DNA from: Chiloscyllium plagiosum
Taxonomy: Eukaryota
Direction of reading: 5' to 3'
Assembly (NCBI RefSeq): GCF_004010195.1
Contig: NC_057720.1
Coordinates: forward strand, 36,244,069-36,272,964
Length of the DNA stretch: 28,896 nt
Part shown: positions 22,878 through 28,896 of the stretch, in pieces
Position numbering within the stretch: position 1 is the first letter of the stretch
Layout of the letters: every line of letters starts with the position of its first letter
The notes under the pieces: model-generated
Databases searched by the model: none
Told to the model about the DNA's origin: nothing
The model's input: only the letters and a program-made list of their open reading frames with translations
Translations under genes and position numbers: made by a program

Positions 22878-23081
22878 GGAGAAAGTGATGACTGCAGATG
22901 CTGGAGATCAGAGCTGAAAATGTGTTGCTGGAAAAGCGCAGCAGGTCAGGCAGCATCCAAGGAGCAGGAGAATCGACGTTTTGGGTTTTCCTGAAGAAGG
23001 ACTCATGCCCGAAACGTCGATTCTCCTGCTCCTTGGATGCTGCCTGACCTGCTGCGCTTTTCCAGCAACACATTTTCAGCT
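22878..23081. mobile_element. PLE family A palindromic insertion (tailed arm on minus, tail-less arm on plus)
   Basis: Arms 22912-22985 and 23008-23081 are 74-bp inverted repeats with one mismatch. TSD AAGTCATTTCA at 22865-22875 and 23083-23093. Hammerhead motif on plus at 22991-23022. Confidence 0.85.
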
Positions 23082-23369
23082 TAAGTCATTTCATCCTCAT
23101 GCAGCTGCAGGTATAAGCTATTCATAGGTCTTATGGCACTGCAACTTTGAGTGTTTACCTTGTCAGGGCTTGACCTTTCTCTCCACATCCTAGCCCCAGA
23201 CAGATCCAGCTAAGTGGGGATATGTTCCTTTTTGGTACTGCAGTGTGTCGTATTCCTGCACTGTTAATTTGTGCATTTTCAAAAGCTGCTTTGATTTCTT
23301 AGTTTAGAATCCAAGCCTCTTCTCAAAAAGAAAGCAAAGAGAAAAATCATAAAAACAGTTGAATGAACT

Positions 23370-23460
23370 ACAACAATTCAAGAAAGTGGTGAGTTATCAC
23401 CTTCTCAACAATGATTAGGATGATAAATGCTACCCTTGCTCGTGACACTTAGATGCCAAC
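23370..23460 (+). mobile_element. Decayed 3' tail of the CR1-clade LINE family
   Basis: TTCAAGAAAGTGG...CACCTTCTCAACAATGATTAGGATGATAAATGCT resembles the recalled family 3'UTR. Confidence 0.4.
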
Positions 23461-23576
23461 TTAGATGTGACCATGCCTTCCTGTGACGAGTTGCACAGTT
23501 TTGCTGGGCTGAGCTCATAGATGGTTGGCTGTTTTGTACCTATGCAAACAGTCCTGTTTCTTATCCATTTCTGAAG

Positions 23577-23652
23577 AAATGTTAACTCTGTTTTTATCCA
23601 TCCAAGATGTTGCCTGACCTGAGTATTTCTAGCATTTTCTGCTTACATTTCT
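23577..23652 (+). mobile_element. Old PLE terminus (family B) with stem II of the ribozyme deleted
   Basis: TTTCTGAAGAAATGTTAACTCTGTTTT...AGATGTTGCCTGACCTGAGTATTTCTAGCATTTTCTG. Confidence 0.55.
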
Positions 23653-23683
23653 ATTCCTCGTGCTGGGCGGTGTTTAGAATGTA

Positions 23684-24086
23684 ATTAAACATGTAAAAGG
23701 AAATCCTCATCAGTCTCTAATGTCATATTTTCTGCTATGGTTGAAATTGAATGATATGTCCAATTGTTTAAAAAACAGCACACACACATACTGCAGTCGT
23801 GTGTGAGACGACAAAAATCCCAAACCAAGTCAAACATGAGTTGATTGTGCATTTCAGATGGCATTGCTGAGATTTGTGTGCGACTCTCAATTCTGCCAAT
23901 AACATACTGCTTCCACTAGCGTATTTATAGTCTAGCGTAAAAGCTTCACTAGTAAGGCACCTCATTTTTGTTTTGAAGTATTTCTGGTACTGCTTCTGGA
24001 TTGTTCTCCTGAACCCCTCATTAAGCAAGATTTGATCCCTTTGTTTGATGGGAATAGTAGATTGAGAAATATTCTGAATCATGATA
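23684..24086 (+). repeat. About 400-bp direct duplication, copy 2
   Basis: Matches 21842-22243. The ORF track shows the near-identical peptide at 23768..24100. Confidence 0.95.
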
Positions 24087-26079
24087 ACTAGCAGAATCAT
24101 GTGATCTAGCTGTAATGGTCACTGAGAAGAGAGAAATTGCCGGCACAAGGATCCCATTTCCGTGAAAATTGTTATACCATCAGATTGGTGCTTCCTGCCC
24201 AGTTATTTTGGTTTTGAGGTTTGGTTATGACCCAGACAAGAGTATCTTATTTTTAAATTGAGAGTCTGTGAGACCCATTACATGTTTATCTGTGGTTTTA
24301 TTTAATAATCTTTACAATGAAATTGACAGAGGTGATTTTATAATGTTGTTAGATGTCTTGCCAAACAACAAAGTAAGAATTCTGTAAATAGTTGGCAACT
24401 GCTACTTAACAATCACCTGTTAACCAGTGTGTAATCATTGCAAGTTTATAAAGTGATAATTTTCCATGGTTACTTTAACATGCACAGTAAATATTCTGGG
24501 GTAGAGTTTCACCTTTGGATGCAAGCTGTGATCCAAAAAAAAATTGCGCCTGTTTTGAAAAGAGATTTGGGCTGAACTTACTTGTATACCATTAAATGCG
24601 AAAGCTTCATGAACTGACATGATTGGAAAACATTTCTAAGTATCTTTAAAAGTATGTTTTATTTAGAAAGATCACTTCATTAAGAAGATTAATATATTAA
24701 AGATCAACAAGTTAGTGATATTTGCTTTGTACAACTGAAAATCAATTTATCACAAAAACACAAATAATCAGTGTTACCTGTGATTAGCCAATTATAAATG
24801 ATTGAAAATTACTTGGAAAAATATACAGAACATGACAGGTAAGTTGAGATTTTACAACACCCCTATTGTCTTTATTCTCTAGTGAACTACCTTACTTTTT
24901 TAGAACCTCAAAGACCTGCAAAAAAGTACTAATAACAGAAATGTCCAATGGTGATGTATTTATTCTGGGACATGGGTTGTTTTGTAGGTGGCACAATAGC
25001 TTTAAACTAGCAGAGAAGATTTTGGAAACTAAATTCATGTTGCACAGAATTTGCACTCACAATTCTGTGATCTTTTACACACAGGTTACACCAGTTTTCA
25101 ACAATTTATGCTGAAATAAACAACTGAATTGAAGGGAAACTCTAATCCATTAAATGTTCAGCTTTCAGAAGGCAGGGAATTTTTCCCCACTTGCTGCCCT
25201 TCTCTTCATTGTTCATGTGATTGAAGCAATGAATGTTTTGAAGTTTACTCTTTTATTTTCACTTTTAGAATTTGAATCTCTCTATGCAATAATTAATTAT
25301 GCTATTGCGGAATTACGAATTACAATGAGACATAATCCTCATTATATCCTGTTAGTCTGTTGTTTTATAGATAATAAGGTTTCCGTTTAGTGGTATAATT
25401 ATAGGCTTCCCCACTGGTGATAGTACATTTCATATACTAAACGACTATAATTCTTGGTCAGTGCAGGAACAAGTATGTGATGAAAAAGTCTATCTCAGAC
25501 AGTAATGTTTTATTGTACTAAATCTACGGCTATCAATTTAGGGTCGAGTTTAAAATTGCTTCAGTAAAGAATTTACTTGTTGACATTGGGGATATTTCCA
25601 TTTACAAATACCAAGAAGTACAAGGGGACAAAGGAAAAATATGGGTTGCTCTCGGCATCAGAATTTGAATAACAAGCACTCCATTGTGTGTCTTGGAACA
25701 GGAAAGTGCTTGAGTGAGTTTCTGGTGTATTTACATCACCCATCAAACAACAGTTTCCTGCCAAAAATCTTAAAATGTCTAGAGGTTGAACATGCTCATT
25801 TTCCAAACTATGTACTGCTCAAAATAAATTGAAGGATGCAGTGTTTCCTAAGGACAGGAATAATTTGCCATTTAATATAGTATGTATTGTTCTGCTGCCA
25901 AGATGCAGCTATGCGTAACCACTTGAAAAGCAGACCTGAGTATTATAGACATGCACATTTTTGGATAATTTAAAGGCTTTGACATCCTAAGATCAATCAG
26001 AGGCCAATTATTTCCATAGATTGTTACATAGAAAAGCTGAATCTTAATTGCCCATGGGAGGTTGATTCAAGTGTACACT

Positions 26080-26790
26080 GGGAATTAAATTTCCGAATAG
26101 TGACATCAAGTCGGAATTCTGACATCACCCCATCCAGCTCCGCACTTCACCTGTGTGGGTGTGCAGGTGATTGGAAACTACCTTAAAGCTGTCGTGCAAG
26201 TAATTATCATATGCACATAGGTCACTAATTGCTGTTCAAGTCTACCTTTCTGGCTGTAACAATGAGTGCATCTATTTCCCAAATGTCAGCAACTTACTAG
26301 TGTTAACCAGGCAAATATACAATAGGAGGCAGGGCTGCTTGTTCAAAATCTTCAGTTTCAGTGAACAATAGTCAGGTGAGTGCTTGCTTCTCACATTACT
26401 TCTTGTAAAAGAGTGTTTTCACTGCTTTTGTTGGCTGATTCCAACTTCTTGGAAATCAGATCTTACTCTTCATTCCCCATATTGTCAGCCTTTGCTGTGC
26501 CACAGGAATAGATTATACAGCCCTACTTTGCACTTCAGTTGAGGAAGAGGAGCACTAGCAGAAAGTTCAGCAGCAGTATCAGCTGGCATCTTTTCAGTCA
26601 CATGCCACTCCACAAAAGCTGAGAGGTTAAACACAGAGATTTAGCTCCAAAGAGACGTGACATGTAATGCAGCATCTCTCCGCAGAAAATCAGGTTTGCA
26701 TCTAAACAGCAGTGCCTTGTACGACTAGTAACTGGTCAGTAACCCCCACCTGGTTCTCTGTCGCTTGTGGAAGTTGTATGCTGTCTTCTT
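26080..26790 (+). mobile_element. Possible PIF/Harbinger transposon remnant (left end and transposase N-terminus)
   Basis: GAGGAAGAGGAGCAC...CAGCAGCAG...GCCACTCCACA...CAGAAAATCAGGTTT...AAACAGCAGTGCCTTGTACGACTA resembles, from recall, the EEE/QQQ...QR.SF...EQQCLRRL N-terminus of shark Harbinger transposases. Very decayed. Confidence 0.35.
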
Positions 26791-26869
26791 ATTAAAATCA
26801 TGAAAGGAGAGAGCTATGAGTGCTATAAATGACTTATGTGAAAAGGAGGGAAGGGCGGGACTTCTAGAG

Positions 26870-27681
26870 GTTAAAAATCACACAACACCAGGTTATAGTC
26901 CAACAGATTTATTTGGAAGCACTAGCTATCAGAACACTACATCTTCATCAGGTGGTTGTGAATCAGGACCATAAGACACAGAATTTATAGCAAAAGATTA
27001 CCGTGATACAATGATACATTGAACAAATCTAGATTGTTCAGTCTTTCATCTTTTAGAATGAATTTGTTGATTTTGGTTCTTTAATATGTAAATCCCAGAA
27101 CTTCTTTTAAGTCACGTTCTCAGGATAATTTAAGGTTTTATAACAAAAGGTGACATCTCAGCTCAGACATTGACTTAAAGGTGTGAGCCAGACCAATCTT
27201 GAGTCAGACTAGTTCTATTTCCAAAGTGGAATTTACAATTATTACATGGATTCACTGCCTGCATTGACTGCTTGCAGGTTCTGCACTTTTTTCGCAAAAT
27301 AGAATGTATCTGAAAATATAATTCGCAAATACAAATTCACGCCATAGACTTAAGTGAGTGTGTGCGCGTGCAGGAGAGAGACAGAGTGAGTGTGTGCGAG
27401 TATGTGCGTACATGAGAGAGTGTGTGTTTGTGTGTGTGAGTGTGTGTGATGGGGCATAAGCCTGTGAGAGGGTGCGTGCATGGGTGCGAGTGTGGGAGGT
27501 GTATGTGTTGTGTATGAGAGAGCATGTGTATGAGAGAGGGTCTGTATGACTGCATGAGTATTTAAGAGTGTGTGTGTGTAAAAGCTAGTGCTTCCAAATA
27601 AACCTTTTGGATTATAACCTAGTGTTATGTGATTTTTAACTTTGCCCACCCCAGTCCAACACCAGCTCCTCCAAATCACAT
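26870..27681. mobile_element. PLE family C insertion with inverted tail-less arm
   Basis: Inverted repeats at 26870-26927 and 27583-27640. Only the right arm carries an extra tail of about 38-41 nt. TSD CTTCTAGAG(GTT) at 26861-26872 and 27682-27693. Decayed hammerhead on minus at 26920-26954 (CAC-CTGATGA-A...GATAGCTA-GTG). Confidence 0.75.
27354..27579. repeat. Degenerate (TG)n/(GA)n microsatellite inside the family C element
   Basis: Visible TG/AG-rich tract. It produces the spurious HT-rich ORFs 27337..27555 and 27350..27781. Confidence 0.9.
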
Positions 27682-27849
27682 CTTCTAGAGGTTGACTGTG
27701 AGGCACTGCCTGCCTGCTTGTTTTGAGAGGCAGTTTCTTCCTCCCATCTTTCTGAAAGGTCACCTCACAGCAGGGCTTCAAAGTAATTTCTGTAAATGAT
27801 TTTGATGAAAAAACAAAGGTATTGTAGCTAAATGTTCTGATCTTCTGAT

Positions 27850-27909
27850 AAAGGTAGGTTGCAACATGAGTTGTGAAGAGGACATAAGAAGCCTACGAAA
27901 GGATATAGA
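27850..27909 (+). mobile_element. Old CR1 fragment, left part (resumes at 28682-28743)
   Basis: SCEEDIRSLRKDI frame; continues after the Rex1 insertion as RL..*VRI*QI*YNVDKCEI. Confidence 0.6.
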
Positions 27910-28681
27910 AATTTGATTTGATTTATTGTATTCACTTGTCTCTAAGTACAGTGAAAAGCTTTGTCTTGCGAGCAGTACAGGCAGATCGTGGCATACAAGT
28001 CATAGGGTGCTTAGACAGAGCGAGGCACACAGGTTACACTGCACAGGAGGTGCACAAATCAGCACTATTGGAAGTTAGAGAGCCCATTCATCAGCCTAAT
28101 AACAGCAGGAAAGAAACTGTTCTTGAACCTGATGGTGCATGCGTTCAAGCCTCTGAATCTCCTGCCTGACAGAAGAGGTTGTAGGAGAGCATTATCGGGT
28201 TGGGAGGGGTCTTTGATGATATTGGTAGCCTTTCTGTGGTAATGAGAAGCGTTAAGTGGAGTTCATGGAAAGGAGGTTAGCTTCCATGATGGAGAAAGTG
28301 ACGGCTGCAGATGCTGGAGATCAGAGCTGAAAATGTGTTGCTGGAAAAGCGCAGCAGGTCAGGCAGCATCCAAGGAACAGGAGAATCGACGTTTCGGGCA
28401 TAAGCCCTTCTTCAGGAAAGGGCTGACCTGACCTGCTGCGCTTTTCCAGCAACACATTTTCAGCTAGCTTCCATGACGGTCTGGGCTGTGCTCACAACCT
28501 TTTGTAGTTTCTTACGATCCTGGGCAGAGCAGTTGCCAAACCAGACCGTTCTGCACGTACATAGTATGCTTTTATGCTGCATCTGTAGAGGTTGGTGAGG
28601 GTCCTTATGGACAAGCTGAGTTTCCTAAGCTTCCTGAGGAAAAAGATGTTGTTGTACCTTTCTGACCATTGCATCTATGTG
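27910..28681 (-). mobile_element. Rex1/Babar LINE 3' end
   Basis: Minus frames FFLRKLRKLSLSIRTLTNLYRC, VWFGNCSAQDRKKLQKVVSTAQT and LLSGRRFRGLNACTIRFKNSFFPAVIRLMN; 3'UTR with AATAAA and an (ATCAA)n tail at 27910-27927. Confidence 0.88.
28291..28465. mobile_element. PLE family A palindromic insertion nested in Rex1
   Basis: Tailed arm on minus (28291-28417) with an intact hammerhead motif (28384-28419). 39-bp inverted repeats at 28325-28363 and 28427-28465. TSD TAGCTTCCATGA at 28278-28289 and 28465-28476. Confidence 0.85.
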
Positions 28682-28743
28682 AGAGGTTAAATGTGTGAGT
28701 AAGGATTTAGCAAATATAGTACAATGTGGACAAATGTGAAATT
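28682..28743 (+). mobile_element. Old CR1 fragment, right part
   Basis: AGGTTAAATGTGTGAGTAAGGATTTAGCAAATATAGTACAATGTGGACAAATGTGAAATT = decayed RL.EWA..WQMEYNV.KCEI. Confidence 0.6.
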
Positions 28744-28744
28744 A

Positions 28745-28896
28745 GGAGAAAGTGAGGACTGCAGATGCTGGAGATCAAAGCTGAAAAATGTGTTGCTGGA
28801 AAAGCGCAGCAGGTCAGGCAGCATCCAAGGAGCAGGAGAATCGACGTTTCGGGCATAAGCCCTTCTTCAGGAATGAGGAAGGTGTGCCAAGCAGGC
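28745..28896 (-). mobile_element. PLE family A 3' terminus, continues beyond the window
   Basis: Starts with the same GGAGAAAGTGAGGACTGCAGATG terminus. Intact hammerhead motif at 28839-28874 (ATTC-CTGAAGA-A-GGGC-TTAT-GCCC-GAAAC-GTC-GATT on minus). Extends further upstream than the other copies. Confidence 0.85.

Noticed and set aside
22878..23081. DNA-transposon MITE
   Set aside because: The arms are asymmetric (34-nt tail on one side), internal junctions differ between copies, TSD length varies, and single-arm copies exist.
21842..24086. Direct repeats as LTRs of a small LTR element (internal TGTAA...AATCA looks like TG...CA)
   Set aside because: Identity extends beyond the TG and CA in both copies. 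No TSD, PBS or PPT is evident, and the repeat cuts through an old LINE fragment.
27337..27781. His/Thr-rich ORFs
   Set aside because: They are translations of a (CA)n/(CT)n microsatellite.

Overview
Eukaryotic, repeat-dense, non-coding (intronic or intergenic) DNA. The repeat content (HE1-type V-SINEs, HER1/CR1 LINEs, a Deu-domain SINE) points to a shark, probably a carpet or bamboo shark; this is an inference from recalled repeat families. I found no intact host gene or intact transposon ORF. The long ORFs in the track are decayed retroelement frames or their antisense shadows. Identified elements: CR1-clade LINEs, RTE, Rex1/Babar, a Tx1-like L1 tail, a pogo/Tigger remnant, a probable Harbinger remnant and about 10 Penelope-like element (PLE) pieces. 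Most interesting: (1) the PLE termini carry a minimal hammerhead-ribozyme motif (CUGAnGA-A-stem II-GAAA-palindromic ACGU or AGCU). (2) Three PLE insertions with clear TSDs share an inverted, tail-less second arm and form long hairpins. (3) A CR1-clade LINE has its 5' half inverted head-to-head, as in twin priming. (4) Tx1-like 3' ends sit twice at the same position of an LTR-like sequence. (5) A 400-bp non-tandem local duplication. Family names come from motif recognition and recall, not database searches. Boundaries of old elements are approximate.
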